Shown in pieces: positions 10,991-23,035 of a DNA stretch of 64,000 bases (positions are counted from its first letter, which is position 1; every line of letters starts with the position of its first letter). The notes under the pieces are model-generated. The model was not told the origin of the DNA. It was given only the letters and a program-made list of their open reading frames with translations, and made no database searches. This DNA is from Lingula anatina (lineage: Eukaryota > Animalia > Brachiopoda): contig CM120647.1 in assembly GCA_051362555.1 (NCBI GenBank), forward strand, positions 7,750,001 through 7,814,000. Reading direction: 5' to 3'. A program made the position numbers and the translations under genes.

Positions 10991-13857
10991 TGGAAGAGCG
11001 TGACGGGAGATCGGTATGAATTATTTTTAACCCTCTTTTCCAATGAAATTTATTATTAAAAAAAGATTCCATTAATTTTTACCCCATCCCCACCCCCGCT
11101 CACGGCTTTTGGAAAAGTTTGAGGCCCTGAAATTTTGAAGTAAGATACAGATGGCAATTATGTATGGCCTGTACCCCAATCCCGGAAAAAGCGTTGGTTC
11201 TGGGTGAAATAATTTACTGGAACTTAATTATATTGAGGGAATATTTTAAACTTTAAGTAATGATTTTATAAACGGTGAAAACTAAGCTATTATATTTGGC
11301 ACATATAATTTAAACTGCCCTTCATCTTTTGCGTAAGTCGATCTACATTTAGCTATACCTGGGAATTTTAAAATTCTGTGCGTACAATTTTAAAAGGTCT
11401 GGTTACGCCCCTGGGACATTCCAAAGATGAGAAATCCTGACTTATCCCAACATCGTGGAATTGTCAGAAGCTAGTTCAGTTATCTTGTACTTCATTTTTC
11501 TTGCTCACTGGATAATAACAGTTAATAGTTTTACAGAGTTTAATGTGTAATCATAAGTTCAACCTTTCATAGAAGCAACTTTTTACATAAAGGATAGATG
11601 AAAGGGGACATTTGAGCTGACCATTGGGATCGACCCTTTAGGACTCAAAGAAGACAGTATGCAGGGTTTTCTTATATAAGAAGAAGTTATATAACAAGAA
11701 ATATTGCTGTCAGATATGATTTAACTGAACATAATGAACCTGTCAGAAATTATTTCAGCATTCTTGTACTTCATTTTGGTTCATTAGGAAGTACATGTAA
11801 CATGACTGTTGTTTGAGAGTTCAATATTTTATTATGAATTCAACCATTCACATTAGCAACATTGTTAGCATTTTATTATTAGTCCAGACATTCACAGAAG
11901 CAAGGCATTTTTCAAACTTATTAATTTATGATATCCAATGTAGCATAACAACAAGTCAGTTCATGAATTGATCTTCATTTGATTAAAAAATATAGGAAAA
12001 TGCACATTTTAAATTGTATGAATAAAAGTAAACATAAAATGCAAAACATTGTTGACATTGTTGCACAATTCAATGACAGATTATCAGGGTCCCTTTCCTT
12101 TCGGTTGATAACACTGACATGAAAAATATTTCCATACTTTTAATGATGCAGTGCAACATGTACATGAGCATATTAAGTCAAATCAAGTCACTATAATCTG
12201 AGAAACCTGTTTGGTATATTTTTATCTATGTCTAGAGAAATGCTTGATTGAAGACTCACAATTGGTATGTGCTGTGTGCAGTAATTGTGTGTAGATTGTG
12301 TGTAGGTATGTACATAAGTCCTTAGATGGTGTTACTAAGCAGTTTGTAATTTCATTGAGGAGAATTCCACAACTGGTGGTCACAATTTAAAAAATGTGCA
12401 ACCTACAAGAGCTAAATCTTTTCTTGATACAGGAAAGCCATCTGTGTCTGCATATCAGACCATCTGTGAGAAGTGCAACATACAAATTATTATATTTCTT
12501 GCAAACTTTTCCATTTAGCATTTAAAAATATGAGAAAGAAAAAGTGTTTTCATTTCTTCTTGTGCTTCTGCTCACAATTCTAAATAAATAGAATACTTAT
12601 CCTTGTTGTATGCAAGCTATCAGGATAACAACTTTAAACGACAAATGAACAATTAAATAAACAAACAAATCCAATTAAATAACTCCTGTCATGCACTGAA
12701 GTTCACTCTCCTGATGTTCAGATCCTGTCTCCTCAGCTGGTCACAAAGATATAAGAATATTATTTCGCTGCTTCTACCTTGTGTGCCATCTAGCTGCCTT
12801 TTTGTACCTGTCACCTGTTGTTGTTGTTTTTATTTTATTTTATTTATTTTTTTTTTCATTTTTTTTTTTTTTTTTTTTTTTTTGATAATCAAGATTTACT
12901 TGCACCCAATCATTCAGTGTGGCTTGGTGGGAAAATGCCAGATCAATTTCCTAAATGCAAATTAACAAAAAAAAAAAAGGTAACAATAGTTATTTTTATT
13001 CATATTGTAACTTGAAACAAGTAGGAAAACACAGAATTTAACATTTTTCAAATTCATTTCATTAAGTTACTGTATATGTCAATTAAATGATACCTGAGCT
13101 AGAATATATACTTACAAAACAGATTTACTCTTAACACTACACCAAATCTAAAATCAAGCCATTAACTTCCAAATACACATGACACAGGTAATTGATTTAA
13201 TTGGCCCAACTGAGCTGTGTTCAAATGTACATTGTACTGTAGCCTTGACACTAATTGACAATAATGCTAACCAGGTATTTAAGAGGTAGATGACAGCAGA
13301 TAAAATCCGAAGAGCACCATAACTGATAACAAATTACACCCAAGGCAATGAAGTGAGTCTTCATAATGAAAGTCGAAACCTTGCCTGGGTATTTCCACAC
13401 GTTTTTACAACACACTCTCCACCCAAACTTTTCGGGCACTAGTAACATGCAGTGTACGTGCCCTCCAAACTTATACACCTCGGTCTTTGGTTTTCTACTG
13501 TTTTTTTTTTTCTTTTATGGTAAAGGCTGCACAGCTGGGTCTTCATTCTTTGCTGTAAAATAAATTAGTTTTATCCTTTACTTGTCCGATGATCGAGTCT
13601 TGATTCAAAGCCACTCCTCGGTCTCTCCTCCGTTTACGATTTTCGTCCCTACACCTGTGAACGCTTGTTAAGTTAGTTATCTTCTCTCTATCATATACCC
13701 TGTAGTAATTCATCATTTTACCCGGTTTAATATCAAAGAAAACACAGAAATAAAATACTAATTTGTACATGTAGACATGATCATGCGCAGCAGACGATTC
13801 CGGTCTCCCTCCAGTATGGCTGCCGTTTGTTTTGATGACGAGGGCTACAATGGGTTA

Positions 13858-14020
13858 GTAGTCGGTCTTTTCAGAGGTTCTTCAATAATATTGGTCAGTT
13901 TGAGCACATTCTCCTGCGTCATGCGGTATCTCTGATGAAAAATATGGGGTTGGAACTCTACCATAGGATCTATACGTCTCACACACCTTCTTTTAGCATT
14001 TTCCTGGCATTTTTCTCTTA
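13858..14020 (-). pseudogene. Harbinger (HARBI1-like) transposase, N-terminal fragment
   Basis: RRIDPMVEFQPHIFHQRYRMTQENVLKLTNIIEEPLKRPT resembles the HARBI1-family N-terminus (F..RYR......L...L...L.R.T); it is cut at the TIR ending 13855. Confidence 0.8.
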
Positions 14021-14321
14021 TAACAACAAAACTAGTCGACGTGACGATTTCAATATAATGACTAAGTACATGTACGCATGCGTAAAAACACTTGCGTCTA
14101 GTTTGTATCGCCGCAAATAATAGCCTCGAAACTAATGGCGATTTGGACATTAGCGCACTGCCGGGATTTGCGAAGCTTTCGAGATACGGGATAGCGCACG
14201 CTAGCCATGCTAGCGCAGGTGCGCAAAATAGCGATGCTTTCGAGATACGGGATAGCGCACGCTAGCCATGCTATTATAGCGCGTGCGCAACATAGCGAAC
14301 CTTTCGAGATTCGGAGCCCTG

Positions 14322-14467
14322 GGCTCCGTATCTCGAAAGGTTCGCTATGTTGCTCACGTGCGCAAGTGTCTCGATTCCATGGCCCCGTATCTCGAAATAG
14401 AATCGGTTGTGGAATCGAGACACTAACGCACGTGCGCAACATAGCGAACCTTTCGAGATACGGAGCC
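14322..14467. mobile_element. Harbinger MITE directly abutting the large element
   Basis: ~40-bp TIRs GGCTCCGTATCTCGAAAGGTTCGCTATGTTGC..; CTG on both sides (14319-21, 14468-70). Confidence 0.9.
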
Positions 14468-15125
14468 CTGGCCCGCTAGTATGAACCTCAAAAGAGTGTT
14501 AAATATGCCCCGACCGTTGTCACCTGGTGTCTTTTGTCCAGCAAGTAGACTGCTGCATTAGAGAGGCTAACCTATATTTTCTTTATATTTACCTTTCTTT
14601 ATTACTTAACTGCGAAGAGGAGGGAACACGGGAATAAAATACTTTTATGCCTCGCTTCGCTTAACAAATAGAAAGCACCAGACGATCGAACACAATTTTA
14701 CTGTTATATGTAGGGCACAGGGGTGACAAAGTTGCCTGTTTTTGTCTCGTTTCGCGTTTGATACTATTTTATGGGGAAGGAGAAGAGTACGTGTACTAGT
14801 ATCTGTGAAGCTAGCGGAGGGGCACGCGCAATCAGTCCCCCCCCTCCCCCACCATCCACCCAAACACACATCCCTTTCAAACCTTCAAATCAGTCATTGT
14901 GCTTGGGGTCGAACAAGTGATATTTGCCGACGTTTGCAAACTAATTCCCTCAAGGTAATGAGTATCATCTCGACATTTGAATTTCTGTTAAATGTGGTGA
15001 CATGGCGACCTGACAACGTACATTGTAGTTCGATCCGAGCGTCAACTATTCATGCGATCTTTCAATATTAGCTTGATTTTTTGTTTCTAGCAAACGGTGG
15101 AGACATGATGAAAATGCTCATGTAC

Positions 15126-15126
<1 letters not shown>

Positions 15127-15170
<44 letters not shown>

Positions 15171-15218
15171 GTGTGTGTGTGTGTGCGCGCGCGCGCGCGC
15201 GCGCTGGCCTGTACGTGC

Positions 15219-15251
<33 letters not shown>

Positions 15252-15310
15252 GCACACACACACACACACACACGCACGCACGCACACTCACACACACACA
15301 CCCACACACT
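15127..15310. repeat. Compound microsatellite (TG)n(AG)n(TG)n(CG)n...(CT)n(CA)n
   Basis: Directly visible. Confidence 0.95.
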
Positions 15311-15588
15311 CGTGCCTTGACTGAATTATAAACCTACTCCTATCTTCCTCATTTCAAGCAGCAGCAGAGGCGCATTTTAGCTATACTTTCCATTTTGCCT
15401 TCACAAACGCGCAGCGCAGGCTTAAGTCCTAGAAGGTTTTCTTACCTGGTACATGTGGGCCTACATGTAGCCACATGCTCTGTGGCAACGTCCATGGGAG
15501 ACACTCTTTGTTCCATCCTTCCTTCGCATCCACGTACGTGTACTAATACACATGTATGAACAGACTGAGGTCGGCTATCTGGCGCGCT

Positions 15589-15607
15589 TGAAAGTGAAAC
15601 TAGGTCA
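15589..15607. promoter_or_regulatory. ISRE/IRF-like element GAAAGTGAAACT followed by an AGGTCA half-site; candidate promoter of the membrane protein gene
   Basis: Matches the GAAANNGAAACT consensus; the 17-mer recurs at 32-48 and 1379-1395; a minus-strand donor (cag|gtaag) lies at 15445. Confidence 0.45.
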
Positions 15608-16473
15608 GCTATGTACATGTACAATAAAGTCTGCGTAAAACTGTTTTATAATTCTTGTAGGTATATCAGGTGATTTTAACAAATCGTATAAGTAACCAAT
15701 TTTATTAATCATATGAATTGAAGAGAAATTAATAACCTATATTTATTGACAAAAAACATACAAATGTTTCACTGCTTTCTGGGCGTCTCTCTTGTAATAT
15801 AAATAAACTGTGCACGGATCGATAATTTATCAGGTCACACGCTCTCTGTCAATGCACAGGTAAAATATGAATTAGGTCAAACCTTGACATCGGGTCATTT
15901 TGTCTGCTTTTTTTTTCTGTTTTCTTTTTTTTTTTTTTTTTTTAGTGAGTAGGGTGTGTGTAAATATGTGTGTGTCTGTGTGCGTCTCTCTATCGCTTAC
16001 CGCATCTCTCTCTCTCTCTCTGCGAGCGTATTATGTTTTTCTTCATCTGCACCTCTCGCCTGTGAATTTGTGATTAAATCATGACAACTGTAACACTATC
16101 TAACAAAATGTGTATGTTAATTAGGACACATAACAGGTACAACTCTAAAATAAAAGCTCCAGCGCAACATTAAATGTTTGAATAGTAGGTTCCTTTGTAA
16201 GATTTATAATTCATATTCGGATCGTTAATTTTGCTCTGGTGTTTGTCGATTCACCCAACAGGTAAAATGGGAATAAGCTCATACTTTTGTATCATCTTAT
16301 TTGCTTTTTGTCTCTCCTCACTTTAATTCACTGGATAAAGACCCTGAACAGGCCAATAATATACAATAATTAAATCCGGTGCGTATATACCAGTACCGCT
16401 CAACACTCGACAAACAGCATCTCAAATTTGCCCAAGGTGGAGTTAATTTTTTACCGTATTTATCGTGGCTATA

Positions 16474-16669
16474 CACGCCCGTAGCTAGCAATTTCCAAAG
16501 GGGGGGGTCTTTTTCTGAAAGAAATGGATCTTTTACCATAAAAGGTTCTGTGCTTAGATGAAAATTTACCCAGAGGAGACCTTTTCCCAGCAAAGAGGTG
16601 GGGGTCTTTCGACCCCCCCCCCCCCCCCCGACCCCCCCCCCCCCTACGGGCTACCGGGCTACGGGTCTG
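16474..16669. mobile_element. hAT-like MITE (same family as 29657 and 61511, inverted)
   Basis: CACGCCCGTAGC / GCTACGGGTCTG termini; interior is the reverse complement of 29657-29828. Confidence 0.75.
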
Positions 16670-17167
16670 GTGTAGACGTTATCGGCTCGTTGGGGAGGGT
16701 GTGGTATAACCCTGCCGCCTTATGAGGCGACGGAAGCTAGCATAGTAGCAATAATCTTTCGCGCCGAGCGCCGTGCAAGGAGACAGCAGACAGGTAAGGG
16801 CGGTTACGCCCCGAGACAGGGTCGAACTCACGCACCCCCCCCCCCCCTCCCCCAGGACCGCAGGCTAATTATGTGCACTTTTCTCCAGAGAATTATGGCA
16901 TGAATTAGTCAGATAAATATGTGCGAATATCAAGTGGAAAACCTCTCAGTGGCCTTGGTAAAGCGTGCATCCTCCCGCTCCAAGCATAAGACCGACAATC
17001 GACTACACGGTTCTTATTATTTGTGGGAGCGTTGAAGAAAGTGCGGGGCGGGGGCAAAAATCTGCTCTGATTTTCAGATTGGGATGACACTCGATCTTAT
17101 TTATCAGCGGGGTTCTACCGTTTGTATACACTCGATAATGTGACTTTGTGAGTGCGTGTGTGTCTGG

Positions 17168-17222
<55 letters not shown>

Positions 17223-17610
17223 TGTGGCGAAACAACGGATAAGGGCGGGAAAGGTTCCAGGATTTCCTAGAAGGGGGGTCGTTTTTTTTAACCGCTCCCA
17301 CCCCCCAAAAAAACATACATATGTATATATACTCTAATGCCTGTAGCACGAGTAAAAAAGCAAAAAAATAAATAAATAAATAACAAGAAGATAAGAGAAA
17401 AATTGAAATTAAATAATTCTCATTTATACGTTTACTTTATCCCCTTAAAGAAGACTTCACTTTTTAATACAAGTTTTTAACATTGTTATTAGAGTACTGA
17501 TAACCCCAAGCCACGAAGGGAGGCGCCCGTTGTAAATTATTACCTATATCAGTAGACGTTTTATATTCAAAAAATATTCATTGTTTCAACTGCCTTGTGC
17601 AAGTTAACAG

Positions 17611-17765
17611 GGCCCCGTAACTCGAAAGCATCGCGCATTGCGACCGAGCGCAAGCGTCTCGATTCCATAACTCGCCCATACTTACCCCATATAATAAAGT
17701 GTAGCCTCTATGTAATATCGCTATATTCGCAATACACGATGCTTTCGATCGCGAGTTACGCGGCC
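17611..17765. mobile_element. Harbinger MITE related to the 5733/14322 family
   Basis: TIRs GGCCCCGTAACTCG / CGAGTTACGCGGCC; CAG TSD (17608-10, 17766-68), i.e. a CWG target. Confidence 0.8.
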
Positions 17766-20700
17766 CAGGATTTATCATATGACCTACTGCTGTTTTTTCC
17801 GTTGCATAAAAACAGAATAGCTTGTTTTTCGTTTTCTCAGAATAACAAATAAGTTGATTACAAAATATATTTCAGAGTACTGAGGTGGCTGTACATGCAA
17901 AGGCTAGTGTACTTTCAACTGACTCACTACAATCCACTACAATCAAAACAATCATGCTCCCTCAGGCTACCTCAAAAATGCAGTCACCATGCGCCCTATT
18001 ACATTATCCACGATTTGGATCAGTGTTCGAATACACACTCACTATAGTGACCTGCGAGAAGTTCACGGCTACCTGTACCAGCTCAACGGACATCGTGTCC
18101 ATAATAATTTGGGGGAGAAGGTATGTTGCTCAGAAATTGTCATCAAATTTGCCTGTTCATTTTGAAGCCACAGCTTGTACTTATCACTCTTATTATAAAA
18201 TAAAATGATAAACAGAATAATCAAAATAGAAAATAATAGATAAAATGTATATGTTAATAAGATATTATAATCAAATTTGCGCATCACTATCAAACCCCAT
18301 TCCCTATTAACATGTTGAACATTGGTGACAACAGGATCGCCATCATGTGACTAAATATCACTGAAGGTATAATAGCGCGAAATTTTGAAATTGCGTTCAT
18401 TCAACGCAGACGGATCTGGAGCAACAAGAGGGATGCCATGTGCTGCGCCCCGTATCACGCAAAAAGGACACAGGATTTGACTCACATTTCTCCGAATCTT
18501 TCCCTTATCCCAAGTGAACGCATTGCTCATTGAATTATTGTTTCTTGCACGCGCAGTCCTCTGGACGGTGGATTCGACGTTTCTCTAAGCTGGCCAGCTA
18601 AAACCTTCGCTCCCCGCCACGAGAGTCGTCGCAAGATATATCATCGGCTTTCTGTTGTTCTAGGGTATATTGTTGTAGTGTCATTGCATATATTTCCGTG
18701 CTTTCCAGGCATCTTCTTATTCCAGGTCCAGGAAGCAGACTGCAGAGGCCTGACATAGGTAGGGAAAACTCATTTATTCGCTTTTCTTTCTTTATACAGA
18801 ACTCTATTATGGCGATTCTCTATATCGACAAGGAGAAGAGGGCCACATCTACACTTTAGATACCTCCGTCAATCCAGCCCTGCCGTGGTCTGTCTACTGG
18901 GTGGCTGCTTTGGGGAAGTGTCCAGCGTATCCTGACATGGACTGTCTATTGGGTGGCTGCATTGGGGAAGCGTCCAAGGCATATGGTGTTTCACTGAGAT
19001 GGAAAACCCTTAAAGGTAAACCATGTTATTGGGGAGAGAAATAGACTAAAATGATTTTTTTAGTTGCAGTCTGTGTTTTCACCCTACTGGCCATTCGGAC
19101 CTCAACTTTTCTAAAATCTACTGGTCTAAATTGAGATTCAGTGGTACGAAAACAAATTTCAATCATGATTACGAAAGCACTTTTGACATAAAATGTTACT
19201 GTTTAAAATTGTACATTATAATTGAATAAAATTATATTCTTTATTTTTTTCTTTTCATTAAAAAATAAACGGAAGGCGTGCACAGGTGGAAAATAATCAC
19301 CAGACTTACAATTTAATTTTAACGGAGTCGCATGCATGTGAACGCGGCTAGTTGTATTATCAGTCGAAATTTTCTCTTTCATTGACCCTTGTCTCACTTA
19401 AACTTAAGGGCAATCTTCTGGTTATAAATTGACTTTTCGGTTTTGAAATGAAAGCTGTGGTGTTGTGTAACTTTTCTCTCCGGACCCCGGTTTACAGCCT
19501 CTAGAATTAACTGTTATATAGGTAAATTCCACTGTAGATGTAAACTACTTAATGTTAATGAAGGAGTACACAATATTTTGGGGCGGATCCAGGATTTTCT
19601 AGAGGGGGGAAAAACATTTTTCCACATACAAAAAAATATCCAATGTGTGGACGGAACGATTCGAATCAAGCATTGAATGAATTAATCATTAATTGATAAT
19701 CAATTATCTCACGTCATAATCAGTAACGACAAGAAAGTCGAAGGGAAAAATCGAAAGTTTATATAGGTCGACGGCACTGCAAATCGCAGAGCCCATTTGG
19801 GTCACTTTTACTTCTACTCGGCAGAGAATTCCTGTTTAAATATAAAATCCCGCATACTTCAAGAAAGCTTATTACCGTTAACATCCACACATAGTCAGCC
19901 AGTTGGGACATTTGACGCCGCTCGCGCTTTACCCGTCTTAGAAGTTTACATTTCGATCGTTATTGCCAATAGCACGCACTACCAGAGTTGATATTTTATC
20001 TATAGAAATTACCATATGATAAACAAAATTCAAAATTACCAGGCGCTTGTTTTCAAAATAAATTGTTTGCCAAATTGTCATAAAATCCAGCACTTATGTT
20101 GTTTGAAAAGTTAAATAAAATCTAGGTAATGCGTATCAAACACGGCAAAATATGAAGACAGCGGGTATGCAGTAATTAAAAACCTGACCCCGAAATTGCA
20201 AAAAGAGTTTGAGAATATACAAACCCGACATATATCGAGGGGAGGTGGGTAAGATTTACTAAAAACTTGTACATCACATTTTGAAAATTCAGTCAGGGGG
20301 TTTGGCCGACCCCCCCCCCCCCCCCCCCCGAACCTTCATTTTAAATCCGACACTGAAGGTAGAAGGCAATTTTTTTCACTCCTATTGTACGAAAATTCAA
20401 GTGCAAATAACACTCAATAATTGAAATTGTAATTGGACATTCATTGTGTTACCCATCGATTGTCCAAATCGACGAAACGTTTAGTTAAACACGACCTCTC
20501 AGCGGTTTGCTTGTGTTTGTTTGTGTATTGGTACACGTGTAGTTGACAATATTGATTCCGATCGACACGCCGAAGAGAACTAATATTACTCTAATACCAC
20601 AGCTATATTTGCCGAACTGCGGGTAGCCTACAGAAAGTTTCACTAAGAAACAAGGAACAGACAAGATCCAGTTCTCATTTACTACGTTGAAAACGGATAA

Positions 20701-20873
20701 TTCTCATCAACAACAACCGAACTTTTTGAGCATTATTTTTAAAACTGGACTATCAAATTATCTACATCGAATCTAGACACTAGGGTTTTGGACAGAACGA
20801 CGAGAAAAAGTCACGATCTAGTTCATCTTAAATTACATCACGGGGGAAAAACATCGTTGCCTTTACCGCCAGC

Positions 20874-22106
20874 ATGCAAAGTGCAGGTCCTAACAGAAAA
20901 GCGCGGGAAGAAGTTCGCGACTTTGAGGTCAAGGGCACAGTTGATCTTCAATGGGAAGGTTGGTCTCCTATCCTGTCCCCTAGACTTCACAGGGACTGGG
21001 AGTGCATGGAGAAAAATAGCACGTCACTGTATAAAGGTCCAGTGTACTATAAGCCTGTTCCCTGTGACAATCTCGACCATCCGGGGGTGTACGAGTTGGC
21101 CGTAAACTTGCCCGTGGAGCCGTTTGAGTTTGAAGGTGATTCAAACGTTTGGCCAGTTACGGTGTATGTGGCGCATTCTACAGGTCTTTCAGGCCGCCTG
21201 GATTTGTTCTTGTGTTTTCCTGTAAAAGACAGAGTTTTGGATGCTCTGAGGTAAGTTGAAACGCTTGCGTGCACTACATATTACATGAGTTGCATGACGT
21301 TGTCCACAATCGTTGGTCCAAAAAGCAACACGAACGCTAGCGGAATTTGAAAATGTTTAGTTTAAAGTTTTGAAGTCACAACTGAGCATCATTCCACACA
21401 AAGACAAATGTACGCAAAAACGCGAAAACCACGTCACGCTCGATACGATACACAGATGAAAATAAAACGTTTCATTTTTTATGAATAGTGAATCACTTTT
21501 GTATAAAATGCCATTCAATTGATTGATAGAAGTAAGAGATGCCTCATTGCTTGTATAATGTCTGAAAAAATATTTGGAGCCATTTGCATTAGGGCCTTTT
21601 TAAGTCAGGATATGCTCTGTGGGCTTTTTACACTCTTCTCAACTTCTGAATGAATCTAAATTGAGCAAATTTTATACATTTTATACTCTGAATCTAGTAC
21701 TGTTCTCATTATGTAGCAACAACAATAGCAACAACAACAATAATAATGATAATAATAACAAAACATTTATTTGCATATGCATGTAAAGAATGGATGTTAC
21801 AATCATTTAAATAAGATATTGTCATCATTTAAAAAAAAAAAAACAATAATAATTATTAAAGGACATTAAACTGCATTAACAAGAACTGCTTTGGAAAAAA
21901 AAATAACACCATGGCCATTTATAATTTTCTGCAATTTTTTTTTCAGAAACGGGTTAGACATTTGGGTGAGGAGAGCCTCAGTGCCATTCAACGATCCTCA
22001 ACTAGCGCCCCTAGCGGAGGATTCCCTGACTAAGAAGCTGGATTACGCATGGAAGCCTTCGGTATCGACCGGCAGGCGCATCACACGGAAAAACCTTAGT
22101 TTTTAA
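20874..22106 (+). CDS. EFFECTOR OF TRANSCRIPTION (ET/HRT)-type GIY-YIG domain protein, 178 aa
   Basis: Exons 20874-21250 (AG|gtaag, phase 2) and 21947-22106 (tttcag|A) join in frame. Motifs W..IL.P...W, NL..PGVYELAV, VYVAHS.GL..RL, G.DIWVRRA and AE..L....DYAW parallel the ET motifs PGVYELG, VYLGQ..RL, YRWA and E..LL..FDYAWN. Confidence 0.8.
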
Positions 22107-22984
22107 ACATTTTAAAGCAAACAAATCCAGTTAGATCTTTATACAGCAAATAATGAATTTTCCTGGAAATTCCTGCAATTCCACCAAAATATATACTCCC
22201 AAACCGTTTTGAAAATTACGATCTACTTGTACAAGTCCAGTTTCGAATCTTAAATTTATATTCCAATTTATACCACCAAGAGTGATATATAACACTTTTC
22301 TTCTCCATTACATATATTTTTTTGTTACCCAATGGAAGTTTTCTTAACACAAAGCCATTTTTGTAACTCATCATCGACATGTGAGTTGCAATTGAATCCT
22401 TGAAATAAAACAGTGTAACGGCTCACCGCCCTTTGTTAACAGCTGTAACGAGATCGAGGCTTTACCAGCAATTAGCGACCACTCTCCCGAAAATGAACCA
22501 GTCTCTGCTGCTATAGACTCTTTCTCTATATAAAATAATGCACCCTAGTGTACTAATATTTGTATACAAAGTATGGTTGGGATTGTTCTTTGCAGTCATG
22601 CATATAATTGCAATCAGAGTATATGATATCAGATTTTGATTTTTTGTGGCAAAAGTATGTTCTTTTTTCTTTTTCTTTTTTTTTTTCTTTTTTCCCCGGT
22701 TTTTCTTCTTGCTGTTAAGTCATTCCAAGTCCTATGGCGGCACTTCCGGTGGCCTTGACTTGGTGTTCACCCCTATTTGCACCCCTCTTCTTTCAGGTAT
22801 CTGGCCATACCAAGAGGAAGAAATCTCCACTCTCTCCCGTAGTCGCAGTAGCCGCGCATCCAAATCTTGGGCTCGTCTTTTTCTATTTTTACGTCACCTT
22901 TAGTAAAACAACGAAAAAATATGAAAACTAGTACCTAATGAGGCCAGACAAAATTAACGAGTTCGGGAACCTAGCATCTCGAGG

Positions 22985-23035
<51 letters not shown>

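Larger units (their letters stand above)
8951..11413. mobile_element. Non-autonomous hAT-like element with 5-bp TSD
   Basis: TIRs CATGGGCGTAACTAG / CTGGTTACGCCCCTG; TSD GGACA (8946-8950, 11414-11418). Confidence 0.8.
8739..13855. mobile_element. 5.1-kb degenerate TIR DNA transposon inserted in the Harbinger transposase
   Basis: Imperfect TIRs ACCCATT.(CA)G..CGTCAT...CAGCCATACTGGAGGGA at both ends, with TA on each flank (8737-38, 13856-57). Weak THAP-like (MMNYYRVYDREK..KRRR) and DDE-like (ADTDGFPVSRKDLALVG) remnants on the minus strand. Confidence 0.7.
5733..14318. mobile_element. Defective PIF/Harbinger DNA transposon carrying nested insertions
   Basis: TIRs GGCTAGGAATCTCGAAAGGTTCGCTATGTTGCGCACGCGCTAT / ATAGCGCGTGCGCAACATAGCGAACCTTTCGAGATTCGGAGCC; CTG TSD (5730-5732, 14319-14321); convergent Myb/SANT and transposase remnants, the canonical two-gene Harbinger layout. 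Confidence 0.9.

Noticed and set aside
14098-14479. Mirror ORFs on both strands with identical peptide text
   Set aside because: Artefact of the palindrome formed by abutting Harbinger TIRs.
15087-15331. RERE/CVCV/HTHT ORFs (also near 17100-17350 and 52000-52460)
   Set aside because: Translations of dinucleotide microsatellites.
16740-16900. tRNA gene or tRNA-derived SINE (B-box-like GAGTTCGACCC on the minus strand)
   Set aside because: No convincing A box or cloverleaf; at most a SINE remnant that I cannot delimit.
22646-22931. GC-richer block with short ORFs
   Set aside because: No recognisable domain and no consistent splice-site pair.
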